Shown here piece by piece: positions 9,267 to 18,773 of a stretch of DNA of 64,000 bases (its first letter is position 1; every line of letters begins with the position of its first letter). This DNA comes from Candidatus Borrarchaeum weybense. GTDB lineage: Archaea; Asgardarchaeota; Sifarchaeia; Borrarchaeales; Borrarchaeaceae. Position numbers and translations under genes: made by a program. The notes beneath the pieces were generated by a model. It worked only from the letters and a program-made list of their open reading frames with translations. It did not search any database and was not told where the DNA came from. The stretch spans positions 619,685 to 683,684 of the forward strand of contig JAHQJS010000007.1 of the NCBI GenBank assembly GCA_019057385.1, in the 5' to 3' direction.

Positions 9267-10999
9267 TGGATTTAAGTCGTATTTGTGTATCACCCGAGGA
9301 GACACATCATCTACTTGATGATAATCCTCTATATTCCAATCGTTATAACTGGGTGCTAAAATATCGTCCACCAGGGCTTGCTGCTGCAAGGGATGAAAGT
9401 GGGGCATTCCATATTGATCTGAATGGCGTACCTACGTACGAGAACAGATTCTTACGAACTTTTAGCTTCTATTATGGATTGGCTACAGTTGTAACAAGAG
9501 AGGGCTGGGGACATATCAATCCCTCTGGTGAATTAGTCTATGTGGAGAGATATGCTTGGACAGGGAACTTTCAAGATCGTTTCTGCACGGTCAGAGATAA
9601 AGATGGACTCTATTTTCATATCTGTTCAAATGGTAAACCTGCCTATCCTGAACGTTATCGATACGCTGGCGATTATCGCAATGGCATTGCTGTAGTGCAA
9701 TGCAATGATGGATACACTATTCACATAGACAAAAAAGGGAAACCAATCAATGATCACAGATTTTTGGACTTGGATGTATTTCACAAGGGATATGCAAGGG
9801 CTAGGGCTTTTCAAGGCTGGTTTCACGTCGACAAGAATGGTAATCCCGCCTATGAGAAAAGATTCAAGATGGTAGAGCCTTTCTACAATGGCTTCGCCCG
9901 TGTAATTGAGTTTTCAGGAAGAATTGGCATCATAGATGAGACTGGAAATTGGATTCATACAGTTCAAGAACCAAATGATAATGAGTTAAGAACGAAACTA
10001 TCTGGATTACTAGTTGATTATTGGAAATCTCAAACAATCTACTCAGGTGTTAAACTGGGAATTATCGATCTATTGGAACAAGAACCAAAATATGTCGACG
10101 ATATCGCAAGAAAATGTCAACTTGATGTAAATGCAACTAGAAAATTGGTTAGAGGGTTAGCAGTGTTAGGTGTATTAAAATGGGACAAAGATGATGTCAT
10201 AAGACTATCAAAAATGGGAGACTGGTTAAAAACAGGTCACCCTGAAGCGCTTGGTTCCGCTGCTCTGATCTGGGGCAGCGAACATTATAATGCTTGGCAA
10301 GGATTGCCAGAATCCATCAAAACTGGAAAAGTGGTTTTTGACCGAATCTATGGAAAACCATTTTTCGATTGGCTTGTTGATAATCCCGATAAAGCTGATA
10401 TTTACCACAGTGCTATGTCTAGTTATGCTAAGTATGATTATAAGCATTTGACTCAAATCCACGATTTCTCAAAACATAAAATATTGATGGATGTGGGCGG
10501 AGGATATGGGATTCTCCTAACAAATATTTTGAAGACGAATTCAAAACTTAGAGGTATTCTCTTAGATACCAGTGCTGCCTTAAAGGGCGCTTACGAGTTT
10601 TTAAGAAATGAAGGTGTCCTTGATAGGTGTCAACTTATAGAAAGAAATTTCTTTGAAGAATTGCCGAACGGAAGTGATGCTATCATTATGAGCAGAGTCA
10701 TACATGATTGGAACGATGATTATGCTCTTAAGATATTGAAAAACTGTTATGCTGCACTTCCTCAAGAGGGGTATTTATATCTTGTAGAACTTATAACTCC
10801 TGATAACCCAGAAACAGATTTCGGTGTACTGTTGAATCTTAATATGCTCGTTATAACAGGAGGTAAGGAAAGAACTGAACAAGAATACAAAGACCTAGTA
10901 ACGAAGGGAGGATTTGAATGGGTCAATGTGATTCCTACACCTTCGATAGTTTCCCTTATCGTTGCGAAAAAAACAAATGACCTTAGACTTGACTGTTAA
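9260..10999 (+). CDS. WG-repeat domain fused to O-methyltransferase (Methyltransf_2)
   Basis: Repeated F..G.A.V....GW.HI..NG units, then dimerisation wHTH, DVGGGYG, SRVIHDW, GGKERT. Confidence 0.85.
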   Translation: MLMDLSRICVSPEETHHLLDDNPLYSNRYNWVLKYRPPGLAAARDESGAFHIDLNGVPTYENRFLRTFSFYYGLATVVTREGWGHINPSGELVYVERYAWTGNFQDRFCTVRDKDGLYFHICSNGKPAYPERYRYAGDYRNGIAVVQCNDGYTIHIDKKGKPINDHRFLDLDVFHKGYARARAFQGWFHVDKNGNPAYEKRFKMVEPFYNGFARVIEFSGRIGIIDETGNWIHTVQEPNDNELRTKLSGLLVDYWKSQTIYSGVKLGIIDLLEQEPKYVDDIARKCQLDVNATRKLVRGLAVLGVLKWDKDDVIRLSKMGDWLKTGHPEALGSAALIWGSEHYNAWQGLPESIKTGKVVFDRIYGKPFFDWLVDNPDKADIYHSAMSSYAKYDYKHLTQIHDFSKHKILMDVGGGYGILLTNILKTNSKLRGILLDTSAALKGAYEFLRNEGVLDRCQLIERNFFEELPNGSDAIIMSRVIHDWNDDYALKILKNCYAALPQEGYLYLVELITPDNPETDFGVLLNLNMLVITGGKERTEQEYKDLVTKGGFEWVNVIPTPSIVSLIVAKKTNDLRLDC

Positions 11000-11185
11000 T
11001 GCCTCATACTTCAATCAATTCTATTTTAAAGAGGTTTTCAGTCTTCCCTAAAGATATCCCGTGTGTAATTCAGATTAGGCATGCACATAGGCAAGAAAGT
11101 TTTATATGTTGCTAGGGTTGAGGTCAAATTAACAGAAAAAGAACGGACACCACAAGAAAATTATTTTTACATATCATAATCGCAG

Positions 11186-12004
11186 TTGAGAATCTCTAGG
11201 GCTGATTTAATGAAGAAGATCGTTGTCAGATGGACTTTTGGTGCAACTAAATCAAGAATGTTAAGTTCTCAAGCTTTAGATTTATTAGATCTATCCGTGA
11301 AATTTGCTATCTTACTATTCAAAGCAACTTCTAGAAATATCAAATTCATAATTTGCTATAACAATTTGAACGATTATGTGCTAGATGAGGTTCAAAAAAT
11401 ATCAGCAGTTAACGGTATTTTCTCTATGGATGTTTCAGACCTGCTTCCCAATGAATTGGGAAATGAGGATTCAAAAAACTCTTGGTGGAAATATGCACCT
11501 CCAAGAATTGATGAAGAGGCTTATGAAATAATAATGGACAATGATGTGATAATCTGGGGCATTCCAGAAACTCTAAAGAATTCTATCGAAAAAAATGCTC
11601 TTGTCGCCTTAACTGATGCTGCAGGAAAATACTATGGGGACTATAAAGAAAAAATAGAGGAACTCAATAATGAACTTAAACTTAACGCGGGACTTATTGG
11701 CCTACCGCCGAATTTTGCTATCGACCCTTCCGAAATTCTTGAAAATCTCCCACAAGACCATTTTCATTCTGAACAGGGATTTACAGCATTAAAATTCGCA
11801 AAATATGACAAATTGAAGTATTTAATACCACTCTCTGAGATTGAGCAACTAAATGTAAACATGTTAGATCCTGAAGAACTTATCTCAAAATGTGTTGGTG
11901 GTCATTTTTGTGGCTGTTCTTATGGGCACTATAGTTTTTGGAATGACATCTATGCTAACTATGTAAAGAAAAAATATGAAGAGGTAGTGAGAAATAAATT
12001 TTAA
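11186..12004 (+). CDS. GT-A-like nucleotide-diphospho-sugar transferase-like protein
   Basis: WWKYAPPRID..EIIMDNDV (DxD), NAGLIG, EQG and HF motifs. Start may be the ATG at 11209. Confidence 0.55.
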   Translation: MRISRADLMKKIVVRWTFGATKSRMLSSQALDLLDLSVKFAILLFKATSRNIKFIICYNNLNDYVLDEVQKISAVNGIFSMDVSDLLPNELGNEDSKNSWWKYAPPRIDEEAYEIIMDNDVIIWGIPETLKNSIEKNALVALTDAAGKYYGDYKEKIEELNNELKLNAGLIGLPPNFAIDPSEILENLPQDHFHSEQGFTALKFAKYDKLKYLIPLSEIEQLNVNMLDPEELISKCVGGHFCGCSYGHYSFWNDIYANYVKKKYEEVVRNKF

Positions 12005-12140
12005 GATATAGATGCAATATTAAAAAGGGTTAAAGAAGAATTGAGGAAGTTCAACGAAGTTGAAGGCACAGTGTTATATGGCAGCTATACACGACAAGAA
12101 GAAGATTTTTAATCGGACAGATCTTAATTGTTTATCTTAA
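12005..12140 (+). pseudogene. minimal nucleotidyltransferase (MNT) remnant
   Basis: In frame after the preceding stop: DIDAILKRVKEELRKFNEVEGTVLYGSYTRQEEDF*SD, then a frameshift; matches the GSxxR..SDxD pattern. Confidence 0.55.
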
Positions 12141-12230
12141 TTACAATAGATACACGCACAAAAATAAGAATCTTGTTAAGAAAACTATAATTCAATAAAT
12201 GAATAAAATAACGAGGAGTTCTTCTTAGAT

Positions 12231-13277
12231 TTGACAGAAAAGGCAATAATAAAGTATCATACAAAAAAGGGGGATCCTGTCTTGATGGACTATGATAAAG
12301 ACTATGACATTTATAGGGATAAAATCTTTGATCGATTCATGTTCTTTTTAAAAGAAATAAAAGATTTGAACAAAAACGGTAATTACGAGGAAATAAGGGA
12401 GGAAAAAATTTCCGAACTGAATAAGTATATTTATTCAGTAATTTGGCATTCGCAAGAAGAATTAAAATCTTTGCAATTCGATCAGAAAAAGAAGTATTTA
12501 GAATTTAACCAAAACGAAATTGAAGAAATTAATGGCGAAATTGAGCTGTTTTTAAAACGATTTTTTAATTGCTTCAAAAAAAAGGAAGATTCGTTTCAAT
12601 ATTTGTTTACACTGATAAATCAACTCTATAGAAAAAGAGTCTATCAATTGAACCATTTCAGAGGATACTTTGAAGGGGATTTAAATGACTACTTGGATAA
12701 GAAACCAATTTTTAAATGCTATATACATCTAAATCTATTTTTAGATTATTATGAGTCTTTTGCTTTATTTCTGAAACCATCTCTGGCAAAATTATGGGGG
12801 GAAAAAAGAAAATCGCAAAAAATAAGGGCTAGATTTAACTATAAGTCTAGCGATTTGTATCAATATCTATTTCCTTCGTTCTTTAAGACCAAAAGATATT
12901 CCTTTATTTTCGACTATAAGCTAAGAAATCAGACAGCACACAACAATTACCTGATAAATCCCGAGAATTATTCTTTCATACACTATAAACTCCCCATTTT
13001 TTTCCCTAAAGATGTTAACAAAATTGAAAAGAAAGAAAAGATTCAAAAACTATACATAAGAAAAACATTTGATCTCGGGGAAATTGAACAAAAATACAAG
13101 ATGATTTCTAATTTAGTGATATGGTTTACAACTTATTTTGACATTATAGTGAATGAAACGATGGCAAATCTAGTGTTTCCCTCAATAGAGGCTAATTGGT
13201 CAAATTATTTTGAAGAATATATTCAAAGTTGGGAAGTGTATCACAAACATGTCTGGAATGCCTCCCAAAGCATGTAG
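12231..13277 (+). CDS. HEPN-like protein
   Basis: All-helical, AT-rich ORF with LRNQTAH (Rx4H). Confidence 0.5.
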   Translation: MTEKAIIKYHTKKGDPVLMDYDKDYDIYRDKIFDRFMFFLKEIKDLNKNGNYEEIREEKISELNKYIYSVIWHSQEELKSLQFDQKKKYLEFNQNEIEEINGEIELFLKRFFNCFKKKEDSFQYLFTLINQLYRKRVYQLNHFRGYFEGDLNDYLDKKPIFKCYIHLNLFLDYYESFALFLKPSLAKLWGEKRKSQKIRARFNYKSSDLYQYLFPSFFKTKRYSFIFDYKLRNQTAHNNYLINPENYSFIHYKLPIFFPKDVNKIEKKEKIQKLYIRKTFDLGEIEQKYKMISNLVIWFTTYFDIIVNETMANLVFPSIEANWSNYFEEYIQSWEVYHKHVWNASQSM

Positions 13278-13415
13278 AGGCGTAAAATACATTTTAAGTA
13301 CAAAAGAATCAAAATTTTTCAAAGAAGTTGCTATTATGCGGTGATTTTATAGTATACTTCTTTCGAAATATAATAACTGGCATCATAGAGTCAAAAAAAA
13401 GCACTATGAAAGTTA

Positions 13416-14183
13416 GTGGATATCATGATTCATTTTAAGGAAATCTTTGAACAACATTATCCTAGTCATTGGACTGAGTTCCAAAAAATCGGAAGAAAAA
13501 TCCAAAACATCATTGACTATGATTTTGTAAACGAAGAGATTTTATGGAACGCTATGTCCATACGCGGTTCTGCATTGTCTTCTGAGGAATTTGAGAGATT
13601 AGAATTTCTCGGGGATTCGATTTTAAAAACGATTCTTGGAATCCTATTGTATAAAAGAGGCGAAGAATTTCAACCAGATAAATTAAGTGCCTTTAGGCAA
13701 AATCTAGAGAGTAATGAAAAACTTGCGCTACTTGCGGAAGAGTTAAAGTTTAATGAAATCGGATTATTATTAGAAATGAGAGAATTGAGTACAAATCAGG
13801 CTGCTGACTTCTTCGAGGCTTTAATCGGCGCAATTTATGTAGATAAAGGAAATATCGAAAATATGATTGCTCTTGTGAAGGGAATTACTCATTTTGAAAA
13901 GAGGCTCAAAGAACTTCGAAAAGCTCCATGGGAATCAAAAGATCCAAAATCTTACCTCCAGGAATGGGTTAGCAAGAAATACAGTAATGAAGTTAATATT
14001 GATTACATAAGTGTTAATGAAGGAACAAGCAATGCACCTCAATTCAAGGTCCGTGCTACTGTTAAACGAAAATTTAATGATATCATTGAAATCGAGGGAC
14101 CTTGGGTAGGTACTTTCTCAAAAAAGAAGGAAGGAGAAAAAGAAGCGGCTAAAACACTTCTTTCACAATTAGAGGAAAGTTGA
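13416..14183 (+). CDS. rnc: ribonuclease III (RNase III domain plus dsRBD)
   Basis: Signature ERLEFLGDS, ADFFEALIGAIYVD, dsRBD DPKSYLQEW..SKKKEGEKEAAK. Confidence 0.85.
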   Translation: MDIMIHFKEIFEQHYPSHWTEFQKIGRKIQNIIDYDFVNEEILWNAMSIRGSALSSEEFERLEFLGDSILKTILGILLYKRGEEFQPDKLSAFRQNLESNEKLALLAEELKFNEIGLLLEMRELSTNQAADFFEALIGAIYVDKGNIENMIALVKGITHFEKRLKELRKAPWESKDPKSYLQEWVSKKYSNEVNIDYISVNEGTSNAPQFKVRATVKRKFNDIIEIEGPWVGTFSKKKEGEKEAAKTLLSQLEES

Positions 14184-14244
14184 TATGATAAATCCTTCTA
14201 AATTAGAAAACGAAAATAATTTTTATTACTTAGGAGATAGAAAA

Positions 14245-14460
14245 ATGCCCATTATTCATGTAAACGTCTGGAAAGGTTTCGGAAAGGAAAACGCTAAATT
14301 CGTAATCCAAAAGATAACCAAAGTCTTTGTAGATATGGGCATCCCGGCGAATGCAGTGGAAGTAATCGTGCATGAAATAGAAAAGTCGCATTGGGGCGTT
14401 GGTGGGAAGCCTGCATCAGAAGTTGAGTCGCTATCACTATCGCAGCCAGAACTGGTATAA
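14245..14460 (+). CDS. 4-oxalocrotonate tautomerase family protein, 3' end replaced by tnpB sequence
   Basis: M-Pro start MPIIHV..HWGVGG; matches the 16516 paralog up to about 14421. Confidence 0.75.
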   Translation: MPIIHVNVWKGFGKENAKFVIQKITKVFVDMGIPANAVEVIVHEIEKSHWGVGGKPASEVESLSLSQPELV

Positions 14461-14990
14461 AACGCTGCGCAAATTGGAGAAAGCCTATGTTAAGGTGACC
14501 AATATCAAGCAGGACGTTAAGAACAAACTGGTCCATTACCTCCACACCAGGTATGGGGTAGTCTGTTACCAGGATGAGCGTGTCAAGGCCTGGCAACGCC
14601 TCTGGGGAAGTAAAATCTTATCCACGGCCATCGGAGGGATCATACGCACACTTAAGGAAAAGATACATACTCCGATCCAAGTCGATAAGTGGTTTCCTTC
14701 CACCAAGACCTGTTCGCGTTGTGGGAATATCCGTGACGTAAGATTAGATGAGCGAATCTATGTCTGTCCAGTCTGTGGGTTGGTGATGGACCGAGATCAT
14801 AATTCAAGTGTTAACCTAGAGAACGAAGGGTTAACACAAGTGGTACCTACAGGACGTAGGGATGTTAAGCCTGTGGAGACTGAATCCTCTACTGTGGCAT
14901 CGTTGGAATACTTAAACCATATTCCCTATGTGACAGCAAGTTCGGTCGGCGAAGCAGGAAGCCTCACCGCTTCAGCGTGAGGTAGTTCAC
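14414..14990 (+). mobile_element. tnpB: 5'-truncated TnpB element with right end / omegaRNA region
   Basis: YQDE, FPSTKTCSRCG, CPVCG..MDRDHNSS; terminal hairpin CCTCACCGCTTCAGCGTGAGG then TAGTTCAC; RuvC-I is absent. Confidence 0.85.
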
Positions 14991-15592
14991 TAAAATTCTG
15001 GAATCTTCAGGGCATATGTGATTAATTATTGTCTCTTTTTTCGATTTCTTTTATGCAACATTTTTTAAGTTCTTTAGCATAATAGATTTCCTTTATGAAG
15101 AGAGAAACGGATGGAATTCTTCCGATTAGTTCAATCGTATAAACATAAGTCTGATTAGTACATAAAGCTTAATACGATTGGATATTCCTATAAGTTGTGG
15201 GGTCTTCTTGCGGAGACATGATAAAAAAGTAGTCCAAAATGCAAAACTCTACTTCACAGACTTGATGGCCGAAGTTCGTTCAAGAAAAGCCGTGATTGAA
15301 CTTCGAGAAGATAGAATTCGCGATTAGATAACTCCAAAATAATTTATTGAAATGAAGAGGAAAATGATTTCTTGAATTTTTAAGAGAGAGAAATGCAGTA
15401 GCATCAGTTCGCGTACATTTTTTGACATATTTTTAGTTCAATAACTTTCTTTCACGCTGCTCTCGTTTAGCATCAAATAATGACATAAAGACAAAATTAA
15501 AATTAAAGATCTCAAGTTTATCGCTTCTTCACCATCAATAAAAGGAAATGTTAATATTCTTAATCGTGAAGGTAATATTGTGGGTGAAATTA

Positions 15593-15820
15593 ATGGCTGC
15601 AGCCGAAATTTCAGAAGAGTTTTGGGAAGATTTTGATTGGGTAAGGGAACACTACGGCGCATTACAAAAAAAGTATAAAGACATGTGGGTTGCTATTGCT
15701 GACAAAAAGGTCGTGGGTTATGGTAAGAATTTAAAGGAGGTAGAGGAGGAAGCGGAAAAACTGAGCGGAAGAAAGGATATTCTTACAATATACGTAGAAT
15801 CAGGGGCGGCTATCTATTAA
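15593..15820 (+). CDS. DUF5678-like small protein
   Basis: LQKKYKDMWVAIADKKVVGYG motif; GGGTGA SD. Confidence 0.7.
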   Translation: MAAAEISEEFWEDFDWVREHYGALQKKYKDMWVAIADKKVVGYGKNLKEVEEEAEKLSGRKDILTIYVESGAAIY

Positions 15821-15860
15821 GGTTAACATCTATTTCATCAAGCAATATGATTCAGAACTT

Positions 15861-16265
15861 TTGCGAAAACAGCCTAAGTATAATGGACTGCTCAGAATTG
15901 TCTCAACAATCATTTTAAGAACAAAATTGGGTTGGTCAAAACCAAGATTCGCAATCATTGATACGGGTGCTCATACATCAATCTTTCCACTGACTGTTTG
16001 GAGAGAGACTGATGTTGAAATTATTGGTGACTATTTTGTTCGTGGATTAGTACCAAAAGAAGAATGTATATTTCCAATAAAAATCGGCTGGATCAGTGGA
16101 ATGATAATCGATAAACTTGGTAATCGCACCACAGAATTGCGATACAGAGCATTTTTAGCGCCAACAGACGAAGTCCCCGTTATAATTGGTTTTAAAGATA
16201 TAATGGACCAATGCGAGCTATATTTTAATTCTAAAGCCCTTACAGGTTATATAGAATTAATTTAA
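15861..16265 (+). CDS. retropepsin-like aspartyl protease
   Basis: AIIDTGAHTS and IIGF motifs; the frame is open upstream to 15798. Confidence 0.75.
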   Translation: MRKQPKYNGLLRIVSTIILRTKLGWSKPRFAIIDTGAHTSIFPLTVWRETDVEIIGDYFVRGLVPKEECIFPIKIGWISGMIIDKLGNRTTELRYRAFLAPTDEVPVIIGFKDIMDQCELYFNSKALTGYIELI

Positions 16266-16515
16266 CTTATGCAATTGGAGAAAGCATGCTAGCAGTGGGA
16301 AGTTCCCTCTCCTTGTGACGTCACATCTTGACAATAAATCAAGGTGGCGCGTCTTCCGATCATTAAATCAACTGGTGACCATTACGCTGAGTTAAAATCC
16401 CAATAAAATCGGTATTAACTATTGAGGTTTAATAATAAAAATTGATATCTTGTGTAAGTAATAGTGGATGTGTATAACCAATTCAAGAATACCTACAAAG
16501 TTAGGAGGTAGAAAA

Positions 16516-16719
16516 ATGCCGATTGTGCATGTAAACGTCTGGAAAGGTTTCGGAACGGAAAACGCCAAAATCGTAATCCAAAATATAACTAAAGTCTTTG
16601 TGGATATGGGTATCCCTGCGGAAGCAGTGGAAGTAATTGTGCATGAAATAGAAAAGTCGCATTGGGGCGTTGGTGGTGAACCTGCATCAGAAAAACTCAA
16701 AGATGTAATGATGCCCTAA
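16516..16719 (+). CDS. 4-oxalocrotonate tautomerase family protein (intact copy)
   Basis: GGAGG SD, MPIVHV (catalytic Pro1), HWGVGG. Confidence 0.85.
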   Translation: MPIVHVNVWKGFGTENAKIVIQNITKVFVDMGIPAEAVEVIVHEIEKSHWGVGGEPASEKLKDVMMP

Positions 16720-16825
16720 ATTACCAGTTATTCCGCCATAGTGCCACATGAGTGAAACGTACGAGTTGCACTAAATTAGAAAATGAAGCCGTTGTACTTG
16801 TATTCATATTAAGAAAAAGAATGAG

Positions 16826-17308
16826 GTGGGTAAAACTTTGAAATGGGCTGATGAAGAAAAATTTCTCGAAGAACAACTCGAAATTCTAGTCAGGTTGCGA
16901 AACCAATTTGGCGAAGATGTCATAGAAATTGCGCGACGCGCGCGTCTCGCCGTCCACCAGAAGCGAATGCGAGAATTATCGACACAGAATCCACCTAAAC
17001 ACCCTGCTGAAGTATTTGGTCACTCAGCGTACAGCGTCTCAGCTGCTGATCCAGGTACCATGGAGTATGACGTGTTAGAAGATTCAGAGAGCCGTTTTGC
17101 TGTCAAAATCAAGCGTTGTCGCTATGCTGACTTTTATCGAGGTCATGGTCATCCAGAGATAGGCTATGCGTTACATTGCTCTCTAGATTTTGGCGAAGCT
17201 AAGGCCTTCTGGCCAGAAATCACATTCACACGTACTAAAACGTTAATGCAAGGTGATGATCACTGTAATCATTGTTATGAATTAGTTAAACAGAATGACG
17301 GTATTTAA
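16826..17308 (+). CDS. L-2-amino-thiazoline-4-carboxylic acid hydrolase family protein
   Basis: CRYADFY..C..DF..FTRTKTLMQGDDHCNH. Confidence 0.8.
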   Translation: MGKTLKWADEEKFLEEQLEILVRLRNQFGEDVIEIARRARLAVHQKRMRELSTQNPPKHPAEVFGHSAYSVSAADPGTMEYDVLEDSESRFAVKIKRCRYADFYRGHGHPEIGYALHCSLDFGEAKAFWPEITFTRTKTLMQGDDHCNHCYELVKQNDGI

Positions 17309-17843
17309 TCCAGCTAAATTAATGTAAATGAGAGGAACGTTTCATCGGAGTGTTACTTTGATTTTTGCTTGGACAACAGATTTGGATTGCTTTCTAAACC
17401 AAAAGGCTATTCTTGAATTTTTCAAAGTAAAAATTGTTTTATATGTAATAGATCTCTTCGCTGCTCTTGCAGATTCTACTGGGTTATTTAAGACGCATTT
17501 CGATCAGGGATTTGGTGTTTAATTCAATGTAGAAGGCTACAGGTGAATTGGGGAATTCATCTGGACAGATGGAGTTCTTTCATTAATAGAGAGTGAGTTT
17601 ATCGGAAAACCAACAGAAAATGCTAAAGATTGAAGAAATAAATGCTTAAAACTAATCGTGAACTTAAAGACGAACAATTCTGAATTGCTTTCAGAATTAA
17701 TAATATGTATGTGTCGAACTCGACCAAATTCTGCAATATTGGGATAAGGTTCAGGAAGACTGAATATTTTAATAATTCATTTTTAAGAGAATCTATGTGT
17801 AGAAATCGTGTAATATTAATTCTTCTGTTGTTAAAAATCCCTG

Positions 17844-18491
17844 TCAACTATTATCAAAATACTTTAAATCATTTCGCCCTAGAGCGCGAAGCATTACGTC
17901 CGGCTGAACGTAATATCGGTCTCCAAATATTTTATCACCGTAAATAGCGAGTGGATGTGTTTGAAGAATACCTACAAGTATGCCTTCTGTAAACTTGTTT
18001 TCGTCATATTGGCATATAGCTAGTACGCGATTTCCCGGGAAAAAGTAATTAAGTTTTGCCTCGTATTCTACGAGTAGTTCAATGTTTTCCCGCGATTTTA
18101 GTGCCCATGTCATCTCCCCGGTAACTCGTAGAGCATCGTAGCCGTCCGCTAGTGCTGTATCGAGATGTGCCTTGATTAAGGCAATCATTACATCTGGATC
18201 AAATGCGTCCTCTTTTGTATAGGTATCTTCACTGGTAGTAAACACTAATTGTCCTTTCTCGATCACCAAATCGACATCGACACTAATATTCTTAAGTTGG
18301 GTTTGTATTTCTTCGACACCACTTTCATCGATTATGTAGATGCACTTATGGTTGCATTCCAGCCCTTCTTTAATAAAGGGTATGACAAGGGCAAATTGTT
18401 GCTCTTTAGTTTCATAAATGTAACAGATATGAACCCCCAGTTGGATTTTTTGTCGGAGGGTATCATAAAGCGGAAATTTGTCTATCTTCAT
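17844..18491 (-). CDS. stand-alone MEDS (DcmR-like) sensory domain protein
   Basis: HICYIY, LRVTGEMTW, EYEAKLN, ICQYD, THP. Confidence 0.85.
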   Translation of the reverse strand: MKIDKFPLYDTLRQKIQLGVHICYIYETKEQQFALVIPFIKEGLECNHKCIYIIDESGVEEIQTQLKNISVDVDLVIEKGQLVFTTSEDTYTKEDAFDPDVMIALIKAHLDTALADGYDALRVTGEMTWALKSRENIELLVEYEAKLNYFFPGNRVLAICQYDENKFTEGILVGILQTHPLAIYGDKIFGDRYYVQPDVMLRALGRNDLKYFDNS

Positions 18492-18502
18492 TGAAATAAC
18501 CT

Positions 18503-18541
18503 TCTCTGGATGCCCTTACCTTTTAAGGTGGAGTAGCTGAC
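18503..18541. mobile_element. palindromic mini-element (collapsed IscB/IS200-IS605 ends)
   Basis: CTCTGGATGCCCTTACCTTTTAAGGTGGAGTAGCTGAC resembles both ends of the IscB element at 35465-35496 and 36958-36990. Confidence 0.55.
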
Positions 18542-18773
18542 TCTTGATATTATCCAGTTTTTTATTTGCGTCCACTTAAGAGGCCTAACTAAACGAATAA
18601 TGATCTCGAACCATCAATACTATATGTCATATTTAAATTATATCACAAAAGAGAAGATGCGATCTGAAACATTGTGGAGACGCACTTACTCCGGTGGAAT
18701 ATTTCTCTTTTCAAGGAACTCTTTTCTTGCACAATTCTAACTTTCATTTTAACCCGATATAGTTCTATGAGAA

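Noticed and set aside
14399-14980. Intact tnpB
   Set aside because: N-terminal half and RuvC-I are missing; the called start lies inside the tautomerase.
15208-15327. 39-aa ORF MRRHDKKVV...
   Set aside because: No recognisable motif; insufficient support.
17328-17947. Short ORFs between the hydrolase and MEDS genes
   Set aside because: No recognisable family; probably non-coding or decayed.
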